Below the pieces are notes generated by a model. The model was not told the DNA's origin. It worked only from the letters and a program-made list of their open reading frames with translations, and ran no database searches. Positions 1-9,199 of a stretch of DNA of 64,000 bases are shown piece after piece. Source of the DNA: Acidobacteriota bacterium (GTDB lineage Bacteria > Acidobacteriota > CAIWXX01). A program made the translations under genes and the position numbers. The number at the start of each line of letters is the position of its first letter. Positions within the stretch are counted from its first letter, which is position 1. The stretch is from NCBI GenBank assembly GCA_040755995.1, contig JBFMAF010000034.1, forward strand, positions 74,968 through 138,967. Reading direction: 5' to 3'.

Positions 1-153
1 GGGACCAAGATGCACACGGTTGGGGCGGCGATGTTCGCTGCGACAGCAGTGCCGTCGTCAGTGTACTATGCCAAGACGAAGGGGTTCGATGTCTCTGCAT
101 TCACGCAGGGCACGGGAGAGACACAGGCGCATGTACTGGAGCGGACGGAATGA
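1..153 (+). CDS. 3' end of an unidentified protein (partial, runs off window start)
   Basis: Frame +1 is open from base 1: GTKMHTVGAAMFAATAVPSSVYYAKTKGFDVSAFTQGTGETQAHVLERTE*, TGA at 151-153, 27 bp before vsr. Confidence 0.55.
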   Translation, partial: GTKMHTVGAAMFAATAVPSSVYYAKTKGFDVSAFTQGTGETQAHVLERTE

Positions 154-180
154 TGCGGCGGGCAAGTCTGAGGGGTAGTC

Positions 181-597
181 ATGCCTGATGTCTTCGATAG
201 GCAGAAGCGATCCGAGATTATGCGCAAGATCGGGCCCAAGGACTCGGCACCGGAGATGCGCGTCCGCTCGATCGTTCACCGCCTGGGCTACCGGTTCCGA
301 CTCCATGGTCGTGATCTCCCAGGCACCCCCGACATCGTGCTGCCCGGGCACCGCAAGGTCATCTTCATGCACTCCTGCTTCTTCCACGGCCATAGGGACT
401 GCCCGAGGGCGACAATTCCGGCGACGCGCTCGGGGTTCTGGGAGGTCAAGATCGAGGGCAACGCCAGGCGTGACCGCGCGAGCCGCCGTAGGCTTAGGCG
501 CCTCGCATGGGAGTGCCTGGTCATCTGGCAGTGCGAGATACGAAAAGGTACCGAAGAGCGGCTTCGGGCGAAGATCCGCAGGTTCCTGGAGGGGTGA
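181..597 (+). CDS. vsr: Very short patch repair endonuclease Vsr
   Basis: MPDVFDRQKRSEIMRKI..KDSAPE, LPGTPDIV, FMHSCFFHGH, FWEVKIEGNARRD, LVIWQCE match Vsr motifs; a C5 methyltransferase lies nearby. Confidence 0.93.
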   Translation: MPDVFDRQKRSEIMRKIGPKDSAPEMRVRSIVHRLGYRFRLHGRDLPGTPDIVLPGHRKVIFMHSCFFHGHRDCPRATIPATRSGFWEVKIEGNARRDRASRRRLRRLAWECLVIWQCEIRKGTEERLRAKIRRFLEG

Positions 598-783
598 AGG
601 ATGGGGAAGGGCATCTTCACGCCGGGCGCAACCGCCGCATGACGACATCCCATAGATCCGCTACCGCTTGACCGCAACGAACCCAACAAGTCCCGAGAGG
701 AGGAGCGGCGACCGGATGTCCCGCTTCGCGGATGCGGGGGGTGAGTCCATCTTTCGCGACATGCTCGCCGATCGCAGAGTCCG

Positions 784-837
784 TGTGGCATACGGCTCAG
801 ACAAATTGACCCACTTTGCTCAGATAAACTGACCCAC
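784..837. repeat. IS21-type element end with tandem 20-bp repeats
   Basis: GCTCAGACAAATTGACCCAC (795-814) and GCTCAGATAAACTGACCCAC (818-837), 23-bp period, preceded by TG; typical of IS21 subterminal repeats. Confidence 0.6.
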
Positions 838-1132
838 CTAACGGACGGCCTTTTTTGTTTCCAAGCAGCAACATCTGGGTCGAGTCTGGTGAGTGGTATA
901 TGTGTGGACGAATCCGGGTGGTCCGCATGCAGGGTGGGCGGAGGGGGACGGCGCACTTAGCGGATTGTTGACCGGGGATCTCGGAAGCAGATGACCGGGG
1001 GTTTGGGGAAACGTGACTGCGGGCGGTCACTTGGGGGCGAGACGGCGGTCAACAGTTGCGCAAACGCGTTGGGGGCCGCGTGGGACAGGGCGGTCATGCT
1101 CCCAGCTTTGAAGGAGGGAAAGGAATGAAGGC

Positions 1133-1430
1133 ATGGCAAGAAAGCGGCCATCCATCCGCCATGCACGAGACATTCTGCCACTGAGGCGCGAAGTCCCGGC
1201 TGGGTGTTCGAGAGACCGCCCGCAGCCAGCGCGAGGGTCGCGGCAAGCTCGTCAAGTACCTGCGCTGGCGCAGGCAGCGGAGGGTAGGGTGGTCGCTGCC
1301 GGAGGTGATCGCCCACGCCCAGCTGCAGCAGTTGCTCTCTTCCGCCCAGAAGCCTCCGCCGGTGGCCCCCGCCCGGGGGAGAGACTGGACGCTATTCAGG
1401 AAAAGCAACCCCGCGTTGTGGAGCATAGAG
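1133..1430 (+). pseudogene. istA: Frameshifted N-terminal remnant of an IS21-family IstA transposase
   Basis: MARKRPSIRHARDIL, then in another frame LGVRETARSQ..LVKYLRW..VGWSLPE..LQQLL..RDW, resembling the IstA HTH N-terminus; TGACCGGGG-type repeats upstream at ~968-1020. Confidence 0.6.
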
Positions 1431-1477
1431 CGGGGGCCACGCTCCGGACCACCATCGATTCAGCAGAGGAGCCCTGG

Positions 1478-2533
1478 TCACGCATCGCGAAAGGCACTGC
1501 TCTCCTTCAAGAAGCGCGCCACCGCCGCAGCATGCCATTTAGCGAGCTCGGGAGGGAAGGCGTTGCCGATGAGCGCAGCCGCCGGGAACTTGCCCCGGCA
1601 CAATTGGAAACGATAGCCGCGGCTGAACGATTGAAGGAGTGCGGCCTCACGCAAGGTCACGCATCGGTCCTCCTGCGGGTGTAGAAACCGCCCTTTGGAG
1701 GGATTCACACAACCAGTCGTGATGGTCGGCGCAACAGCGTCCCATGCCATACGCCCGTATACATCCGAAAACCCGCGGCATCGTTTGTGACACGGTAAAC
1801 GAGCCTCCCGGCCGAGATCACTCATGCTTCCGCCGTCCTTCGGGATGCTGCCAATCAGCCTCCTGGTACGGCTGGTTCTGTTCTCCGGTAGGTCGTGGAC
1901 CTCATCTCCGCTGTCGCCTGGTCGAGGCAAACAGCCGATTGCGTCACGTACGGTGCGACGGACAGTCAAGGGATCCGGGTATGGGATCCTTGCGGCGCGT
2001 GCTGCGAGGAGGATGACTCTTTCGCGCCGTTGTGGCACTCCGTAGGCGGCCGCGTCGACTTCGCGATAGTCGGCGGCATATCCCAACTGCTCCAGGTCAC
2101 GATGAAACCGATGGAATTCGGTCCGTCGCAGCAGCCCGGGCACATTCTCGAACATCACTGCCTTGGGCAGCATGCCAACTACGAACCGGAGGAAGTCACG
2201 TATGAGTCGATTCCTTGGATCGGGAATCGTCCGAGAGCCGTTCAGCGTCCGAAGGCGCGAGAACCCCTGACAGGGCGGACACCCAGCCAACAGATCCAGG
2301 TCTCCCTCCTGCAGGCCTAATTCATCCATGACTTCCTCGGTTGACAGTGCGCGGATGTCCGTGCGCCAGATCCTGACCTCGGGATGATTGAGGGCGTAGG
2401 TATCGGCGGCGAGACGGTCGATTTCGATCGCGGCCAGGACCCTGAAACCCGCCGCCTTTAGTCCCGCCGTCAATCCACCGCAGCCGGAAAAGAGATCGAT
2501 CGCGGAATAGCGGGCTTCTTCAACGACCACCAT
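1478..2533 (-). CDS. dcm: DNA (cytosine-5)-methyltransferase
   Basis: Motif I DLFSGCGG, catalytic GCPPCQGFS, ENVPG, YGVPQRRER, TLREAALLQSF, IGNAFPP. Confidence 0.95.
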   Translation of the reverse strand: MVVVEEARYSAIDLFSGCGGLTAGLKAAGFRVLAAIEIDRLAADTYALNHPEVRIWRTDIRALSTEEVMDELGLQEGDLDLLAGCPPCQGFSRLRTLNGSRTIPDPRNRLIRDFLRFVVGMLPKAVMFENVPGLLRRTEFHRFHRDLEQLGYAADYREVDAAAYGVPQRRERVILLAARAARIPYPDPLTVRRTVRDAIGCLPRPGDSGDEVHDLPENRTSRTRRLIGSIPKDGGSMSDLGREARLPCHKRCRGFSDVYGRMAWDAVAPTITTGCVNPSKGRFLHPQEDRCVTLREAALLQSFSRGYRFQLCRGKFPAAALIGNAFPPELAKWHAAAVARFLKESSAFRDA

Positions 2534-2557
2534 TGTCCCTCGGAATCCACTCTCTGG

Positions 2558-4228
2558 CTACGAGGATCGAGCGCTTTCTGCCAGCTCGCTGATCATCGCC
2601 TCGCTACGAGCTGTAGCAGCTGCCTCCTGACTGTGCGACCAACGCTCCGCCGCCTCAAGGAAGTTCTCGTCGCCTATGGCCGCGATCTCCAACTCTTTGT
2701 CGTGCTCCACCTGGATGATGAGCGGGAATCGGACGGCTTGGCCGCTGATGATCCCCTGGCCCGGTCCGAATCCCGGGAGTAGACGGCTGTCGTCCTTGCT
2801 CAAATTCTCCATGACCTTCTCGACGAAACTCTGGTCACGCGGGTTCACCAAACGAAAAATCATGAACGTGTTGCACTGAGAAAGGGCCGTCTCGTCCAGG
2901 CGGCTTGGACGTTGGCTGACCAGCAGTAGGCCTGTGCCGAATTTGCGTCCCTCCGTGATCACCTTCCTGATGATCTCGAGCGAGGGGGTGTCCGCCTGCC
3001 CTTCGCTGTGCGATGGAATGAAGTTGTGGGCCTCTTCCACGACTGCCAGGAAGGGAGGGATCGCGTTCGACATGGAGGCGCGATGTTCGAATAGTTGTTT
3101 CAGCACGATCGACACTATGGTTGACTGCGTGAGGTGGTCGTAGCCGCCCAGGTACAGCACGCTCGCTTGGTTCGGCCGCACGAACCCGGCGGGATTCGTT
3201 AGGGGATCGGGCATGGGTTCAAAGGGAAACTGTTGGAGTGACGCCTGCTGCCGCAGTCTCTCATTGGATTTCCCCATTTGCTGTATGTAGCCACGCACAA
3301 TTCGCAGTCCGCGTTTCACCGCGGGAACCGTACCGGGGTGGCTCCCTTTCGGCAATTCATCGAGTTTCTGAACCAATAGTTGAAGGAAATCGTCAAGCCC
3401 GACTTCGGAACGGAGTTCCACCTTCTCGAGCGCCTCGTCGTATCTGTCCCTTTGTGCGTCTGAAAACCCCTGGGTCATTTGTGACACCAGGTATCCCACG
3501 AGATCGCGGTTTTCGGACTTCACACGAAGGTTCGGGTAATAGAGACGCACAGTTCGACTGGGGAATAAGTCTCGCCTCGTGTAGAGGCCTAGGTAGTCGC
3601 CATGGGGATCCAGAATCAGGAGGGGATATCCCAGCGTCAACAACTCCCGAATGATTCTCCGCGCTGCTACCGTCTTCCCTCCGCCCGTCATCGCAAGGAT
3701 CGCCATGTGACGAGCCACGATCGGACTCGTCTTGATCCTCACTTCGACATTAGAACGGCCGATCAACGTGCCCAATTTCAGGCGTGGAGCATCTTCGTCG
3801 CCCGTCAGGATGGTCTTCACCGACTCGGCTGGAGGCAACAGCACCTCGCCTCCCGGACTGACAGGATAGTTGAGTGGGCGCATACGCTTGAAGTCACCCA
3901 TAGGCGTCGCCCCGAGAACCAGCACTTTTCCCTCGACCTGGTCCCGCGACAGCGAGAGCACGGTGTCGCGGAGTTCGAGTCGCTCCTCGGCGAGCTCTTG
4001 GCCTGCCTCTGCCGGGAGAAAGGGGTTGAATCGGCCGAGTTCTACGATCCTCCCCCAAACCGCCACTCTTTCTTTCGTCAACGCCTCGCGATCGGACCCG
4101 GCAGGGCTGGGAACGTCCATCTCAGTGTACACGAGGTCCCCGAGTTTCGCCGCGTAGTTGCGCATGAAGAAACGGTACTCCTGAGGTGTCGTGTTGCCCA
4201 CAACGGTGCCCACATGAATGCCAACCAT
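2558..4228 (-). CDS. herA: HerA-family ATPase/DNA translocase (HAS barrel + DUF87)
   Basis: N-terminal HAS-like VGTVVG, RHMAILAMTGGGKT Walker A, ILDPHGDY, VVEEAHNF Walker B, EGRKFGTGLLLVSQRPS, SQCNT. Confidence 0.92.
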   Translation of the reverse strand: MVGIHVGTVVGNTTPQEYRFFMRNYAAKLGDLVYTEMDVPSPAGSDREALTKERVAVWGRIVELGRFNPFLPAEAGQELAEERLELRDTVLSLSRDQVEGKVLVLGATPMGDFKRMRPLNYPVSPGGEVLLPPAESVKTILTGDEDAPRLKLGTLIGRSNVEVRIKTSPIVARHMAILAMTGGGKTVAARRIIRELLTLGYPLLILDPHGDYLGLYTRRDLFPSRTVRLYYPNLRVKSENRDLVGYLVSQMTQGFSDAQRDRYDEALEKVELRSEVGLDDFLQLLVQKLDELPKGSHPGTVPAVKRGLRIVRGYIQQMGKSNERLRQQASLQQFPFEPMPDPLTNPAGFVRPNQASVLYLGGYDHLTQSTIVSIVLKQLFEHRASMSNAIPPFLAVVEEAHNFIPSHSEGQADTPSLEIIRKVITEGRKFGTGLLLVSQRPSRLDETALSQCNTFMIFRLVNPRDQSFVEKVMENLSKDDSRLLPGFGPGQGIISGQAVRFPLIIQVEHDKELEIAAIGDENFLEAAERWSHSQEAAATARSEAMISELAESARSS

Positions 4229-4247
4229 AAGACGTCCCTCCTCAATG

Positions 4248-6044
4248 CTACTGAGCCTTGGGTCTGAAGAAGAAGTCGCGCGGGCCCCTCGCCAGTAACA
4301 GTCTGACCTGGCTGACCAGGCGCGGGTCCCCTGTGTTCATCGCTCGACGCAGCATCCCCGCTGACAGGCTCGCGGATACGCCGCGCGACAGCCAATCCGG
4401 TACCTTGGCGTACTTGTCGACGATGTCAAGTCCGACGGGGAACGCATAGCGCGGCAGCAACCTGGCGGTGTGGTAGAGGAATCGCGCAATGAAACCTGAG
4501 ACCTCGGCGGCGGCTCGATTCATCTCCACCCTAAACGGGAAGTTACTTTCCTCACTCTTGACGAGCATCGCCGACGGGCGGGGATACTGCGCCACCACGG
4601 GCTTCCAGCGATCACGGGCCCGCACCTCCAAGTTCTTGTCGACTTCTATGGGAGTGAGGTACTCGCCCTCCTTGAGAATGCAACCGAAAAGGAAATCGTC
4701 CGTGATGTCATACTGCTCGATTTTCTCGATCGCTGCCTCCTTATACGCTGCGGTAAAGACACGCTCCCGCTCCAAGCGGTCCATGACCGCCGTGGTGACC
4801 GCCCTGCCGACGGGGCGCTCCACGACTCCCACGACGGGGATGGTGCATTCGTCGATCAGCTGCATCAAGTAGGCGTAAATCGCCATGAACTGATTCCACA
4901 TGGACGGTTCGCCTGGAATGTGCTGGACCTTGTTCGAAACCTTCCCTTCGTCGATTCCGATCTTGTTGAGGAATCCCGGCGCCAGGAACGGCACGTAATT
5001 CGGTGGGCCTTCGTCATACTGCTGGAAGGCGTTCACGAGGGGCCCGTGGATCAGAAGGGCCCGCGTCTCCGGATGCTCTCTCAGATGCAGCAGAGCCGTG
5101 AGAGCCTCCAGGGTGTACCGCGCCGCCTCCTGCAGACGCTTCGGGTCGGCGCGTTCAGGAAGGCGTCGACCTCCGTCCAGGAGGTCTCCGATGACGTAGG
5201 GGTGCATGGACCACTGCTCCCGGTGCTCTGGTTCTTCCACCCCGGGGCGAACCGAATATACGCCGACTCGCAACGCCAGCGGTTCGATGCCCGGGAGCGA
5301 AGCAATACGAGCCACGCCCCCGTCAACGAATGCGAACCGCTCTCCCTCCACCTCAGACCACATATCTAGATGGGACTTGCGTATCTGTCCGATCCGGATC
5401 TTGGAGCCGGCGGTCTCCAAGGAGGCGCGCAATTGCTCGGCGAGTTTCTTGACGACTATCGGAAAGTGGATGTTTTCCTCCGTCCTCATCGAGAACAGGT
5501 GCGAAAAGAGCGCGGTCAGGATGTGCGGTGCGTCCAGGAAGCGCGCGGCGTGCAATGCGAACAGGTCGGGATCCTTTGCACTCGCCTCACGGTATAGGGC
5601 CTCGACAATATGCGGCGCTTCAACAACGGTCGCCTTCGTAGGTGGGATGTCGTATGATTGGAACCGCAATGCGGGTTCGATCGATTCGAGTCTGGACAGA
5701 AACTCGGGTTCCCACACGTCCACCACGCATCGCGCCTCGCTCTCGCTGCCTTCAATGAAGAAGGCGACGATCTTTCCGTGCAAGTCCGCAAGCTGCAAGT
5801 GCCTGCAGAGCCCCTCACACTTGACGTAGAAAGCCTCCTTGAACACCTGTATCCTGGCAGAGCCCTCTGCGACAATAGTCCCGGGTGTATGGTCCTTGAA
5901 CTTGATCAAGAGGCAGCAGCCGTCACGCAGATGGCCCGCGGCAGGTCCAACCGGACAGAGGGCGTGTTCGGCGATCCGTCTGGCGTTCTGTTCGCCGCCG
6001 AGCAACCAGCCACCGTCGACGAGGATGAACAAGTTCCGATGCAC
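4248..6044 (-). CDS. nurA: NurA-domain nuclease with ~230-aa N-terminal extension
   Basis: FAFVDGG, LLIHGPL, VVGVVER, PFRVE, YAFPVGLDIVDKYAKV (NurA C-terminal GYP..L..AD..A-like); directly upstream of herA. Confidence 0.8.
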   Translation of the reverse strand: MHRNLFILVDGGWLLGGEQNARRIAEHALCPVGPAAGHLRDGCCLLIKFKDHTPGTIVAEGSARIQVFKEAFYVKCEGLCRHLQLADLHGKIVAFFIEGSESEARCVVDVWEPEFLSRLESIEPALRFQSYDIPPTKATVVEAPHIVEALYREASAKDPDLFALHAARFLDAPHILTALFSHLFSMRTEENIHFPIVVKKLAEQLRASLETAGSKIRIGQIRKSHLDMWSEVEGERFAFVDGGVARIASLPGIEPLALRVGVYSVRPGVEEPEHREQWSMHPYVIGDLLDGGRRLPERADPKRLQEAARYTLEALTALLHLREHPETRALLIHGPLVNAFQQYDEGPPNYVPFLAPGFLNKIGIDEGKVSNKVQHIPGEPSMWNQFMAIYAYLMQLIDECTIPVVGVVERPVGRAVTTAVMDRLERERVFTAAYKEAAIEKIEQYDITDDFLFGCILKEGEYLTPIEVDKNLEVRARDRWKPVVAQYPRPSAMLVKSEESNFPFRVEMNRAAAEVSGFIARFLYHTARLLPRYAFPVGLDIVDKYAKVPDWLSRGVSASLSAGMLRRAMNTGDPRLVSQVRLLLARGPRDFFFRPKAQ

Positions 6045-6422
6045 GATGTCCTCCCTTCAGCGAGTCTCCTGACGGCCTCCTGACAAAGTATGCCTGAGGC
6101 GCATTGATGTCAAGCGGCATCGGAAAGCATCCCTGCAATTCAGACGCTGGGGAGAGGATTCGGCGATCCAGCGGGCGCGGCAGCTACGGCAGGGGCACTT
6201 ACCTACGTTGGAAGGCGGGGGACCGGGGGGGGCCGGCGGTGCTGCGGTGTGAATCGAGATGTGGCATCACTGGAGAAGGCGGGAATGCCCACGCAGATCA
6301 CGCCATCTGGTCTGAAGAAGCCAAGTGGAATCCGTTGAGACTCACGCGAGCAAGGGTGAGACCGGTCCGGAGCTTCTAGTAGAGCCAGAGGGGGAGCGGT
6401 GGAGGTGTCAGTGCCCTCGACG

Positions 6423-8081
6423 TTAAGGTGCTCTTGGGTTGGCCAGGAGGCTGTAGATTTCGCGCTTGAGGGACTGGACCTTCTTGAGGAGTTTTCTCCG
6501 GGGTTCGCCATCCGGGAGAAGCAGGAGTATCTCAGCGAACTCCGGGAGTGAGATCAAGCAGAACTTGTGTTGGTAGTAGAGCGCGACGACGTCGATTGCG
6601 GGTCCAAGGCGGCGGAGGAATTGGACCCTCGTTCCGCGGGTGAGTTCCCTTCGCTGGCGGAGGAGGTGGACTTGGAGCAGCGTGTAGGTGAGCAGGACGA
6701 AGAGGACGTGAGCGAGAACCAGGGAGAATGCGCGGGACGTGACCCTCATGAGATCCCAGAAGCACTTGTACTGGCGGTGCCGTTCCTCGATGGTGGGGCG
6801 GAGCTCATAGGTGGAGCGGATCTGTGCGGCGCTCCAGTCTCGCGCCGTGGTGACGATCACCCACTCTTCAACCTGTCCATGAACATCGATTTCGCGGCTG
6901 ATGACAGCGGTCAGTGGCACGGGGCAGCTACTCCAGCTTGAGAGATCACGAACGATTCCGATGAGGGTGAGTGCTGGGACCATGGGCGGGGGCGGAGGGA
7001 GTCCTTTTCGCGCGGCCAGGGTCTGTTGTCTCTTTGCCTCGCGCTTGATGATTGTCGGATGTTTGGGCCGATCCGTTTGATCTCGCCGTGTTGCCACAGG
7101 ACGTAGGAAGATCTCCCACGCGAAGTCCTTCATCGCGGCCAACGCCTGAACATCTATGAAGGCGTCCATGTTTTTCCTAAGAGGCATCACCGTATCGATC
7201 TGGTGAATCTGCTTGAGCCGCCCGATCGCCTCCCCGTCGATGAATCCACGATCCAGAATGAGCACACGCATCCAGCCGCGGCCAACTGCCTTCACAAACT
7301 CCTCGACCATTTCATAGAGAATCGCAGACTCGTGCTCGTTACCAGGAACGAGTCGCGCAGCGACCACAAAGAAGAAATCCATATTTCGATTGATATGGAT
7401 CAGGTTGACCAGCTTGTAGCATCGCCTCCACTGGTAGCGCGTGTCTTTCAAGTCGACTTCTTCGTCGTTGACCGGATGGTTATGTTCGTCGAATAGCAGC
7501 CTGACCGACCCCTCGTACCATTCATTGTCCGGGACGAACACATAGGAGGCGTCCCCGATGTAGACCCCCTCGGCATCCAGGAGCTTGCTCCCGCGTAGCG
7601 CCCGGGGCACCTCTCGATTGAACCAGGCATGGAGCAGGCCAGAATCCGTATCACGGCCTAACTTGCGGAGGAAGTCCTGATCGCAGGGCGTCTGCCGGCC
7701 ATTCGTGTTCTTGTCATTGAACCCCGTGCAGGCGAGCGACACGTCCCCTGAATCCGGATGAACCACCTTTCGTCCCACTTCCGGCCCCAGCGCGCTGATC
7801 AAGCCTCCTGAGCGGATGACGTAGGGAAAGGCCCGGTAGCTACCCGTCCCATGCAACCGCAGGCTCATCTGACTCGCGATGTAGACCCAAACCGGGACCT
7901 CCTCCTTCTTGCGCGGGGTCGGGTAGGTCTCCACCAGTCGATCCATTATCGGGCGCGCAAGAATGTGCCGGAAGAAATCGGCCTCGGCCGCCTCCGTCAC
8001 CGGTTCAAGATAGTCCAGATTCCCCGCGCGGAGCGCGTCTAAAACAAACTCCCGATCATGCTCGAACGTAATAAGGTTCAT
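6423..8081 (-). CDS. DDE transposase, IS4 superfamily
   Basis: YIGDAS (D), ILDRGF (D), YELRPTIEERHRQYK = Y(2)R(3)E(6)K signature. Confidence 0.88.
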   Translation of the reverse strand: MNLITFEHDREFVLDALRAGNLDYLEPVTEAAEADFFRHILARPIMDRLVETYPTPRKKEEVPVWVYIASQMSLRLHGTGSYRAFPYVIRSGGLISALGPEVGRKVVHPDSGDVSLACTGFNDKNTNGRQTPCDQDFLRKLGRDTDSGLLHAWFNREVPRALRGSKLLDAEGVYIGDASYVFVPDNEWYEGSVRLLFDEHNHPVNDEEVDLKDTRYQWRRCYKLVNLIHINRNMDFFFVVAARLVPGNEHESAILYEMVEEFVKAVGRGWMRVLILDRGFIDGEAIGRLKQIHQIDTVMPLRKNMDAFIDVQALAAMKDFAWEIFLRPVATRRDQTDRPKHPTIIKREAKRQQTLAARKGLPPPPPMVPALTLIGIVRDLSSWSSCPVPLTAVISREIDVHGQVEEWVIVTTARDWSAAQIRSTYELRPTIEERHRQYKCFWDLMRVTSRAFSLVLAHVLFVLLTYTLLQVHLLRQRRELTRGTRVQFLRRLGPAIDVVALYYQHKFCLISLPEFAEILLLLPDGEPRRKLLKKVQSLKREIYSLLANPRAP

Positions 8082-8500
8082 TGCTTCTTCTCCCGATTCC
8101 TCCGAAGCCGACGAGGCGGCGGTGGTGGCAGCCGCAATGCCTTCTCCAGCCGGTCCACTGCCGCAAGAATCTCACTCTGAATCCGCACGAGAGTCGCCCG
8201 AGCCCGGCGGAAATCCCGATAGCGCAGCGTGAGCCGTTGAACCCGGAGACTGTCGGCAGGGGACACCGACCGCAAGCGCGTCTTGCCCTCCTCACTCCAG
8301 GTGATAACGTCGCTGACGTGTCGCGCCTCCTCAGACCTGGCGCAATGGCAGCCGGCCTTCCCGCACCGCGTGCGCAGCTTGTAGAGCGTCCCCTTGATCA
8401 ACTCACGGGGTCGCAACAACGCCTCGATCAGGCGGCGATGCCGCTCGATCAGGTCGTGGAGCGTCTGCCTTTGACGGCTCGCATGTACCAAATCGGCCAT
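8078..8500 (-). CDS. DUF6788-family protein (IS-associated, putative Zn-binding)
   Basis: LIKGTLYKLRTRCGKAGCHCARSEEARH..TWSEEGKT; 4-bp overlap with the transposase start. Confidence 0.8.
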   Translation of the reverse strand: MADLVHASRQRQTLHDLIERHRRLIEALLRPRELIKGTLYKLRTRCGKAGCHCARSEEARHVSDVITWSEEGKTRLRSVSPADSLRVQRLTLRYRDFRRARATLVRIQSEILAAVDRLEKALRLPPPPPRRLRRNREKKQ

Positions 8501-8886
8501 TCTGGACCTCAGCCTTTATTCGCATTCTAGTAATAACATAAAGATTCAACCAAGGCAACAAGAAAAATGTGAGTTCCGACGAATAACCCTCCCTAACTCG
8601 GCCGACTAGCCGCCAGGGAGCCTACCCCTCGGAAAACCGGCCCATCGCCGCATGTGGCCGCTGGGCGGCCCGCCCTCCGAGGTTCACGGCAGGATCGTGG
8701 AGCCGGCGACAGGAGCCCGGGTGACGCCACACCCTACTGTCTGAATCGCAGGGAAAGCATCCGAGAAAGGGAGAATGGACGGCCAATGCCGTCCAGCTGC
8801 CGAGCCTTCCTTGTTCCCATGTGTAATCCCTAGTTGGCGCCGCCCCTGGGGAACCTGGTACCGATCGATGATGTGCCAGCCTTCCT

Positions 8887-9131
8887 GTGGCGGCGTTCGA
8901 CACGTTCTTCCTGACGGTGGTCGCGCTGGTGATCCTGACAGGTGTCCTCACGGAGGGGGGCGACTTGCATTCACACCGGAGCTGGCCTGTGTGCTCTACG
9001 TGGTGCACCTGGGCGTGGTGCTCTGCCTCTTCATCACGTTCCCCTACTCCAAGTTCGCGCATATGCTCTACCGTACGCTGGCCATGGTTCACGCCAGAAT
9101 GGCGGGCATCGCGTCACCGCGCGCCAGGTAG
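8887..9131 (+). pseudogene. qmoC: C-terminal remnant of QmoC (membrane subunit of the Qmo complex), 5'-truncated and frameshifted
   Basis: FDTFFLTVVALVILTGVLTE, frameshift in the G-run near 8955, then RLA..LYVVHLGVVLCLFITFPYSKFAHMLYRTLAMVH; lies directly upstream of sat. Confidence 0.7.
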
Positions 9132-9199
9132 AGCGCTGCTGAGGATGGGACAATCCAACAAGTCTCGCGAGATAATTTCAACGAAAGGGAGGAGTACTC

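Larger units (their letters stand above)
6376..8609 (-). mobile_element. Two-gene insertion sequence (DUF6788 + IS4-superfamily transposase)
   Basis: CTAG at 6376-6379 and 8606-8609 flanks the two genes, with weak imperfect inverted repeats just inside; boundaries inferred. Confidence 0.55.
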
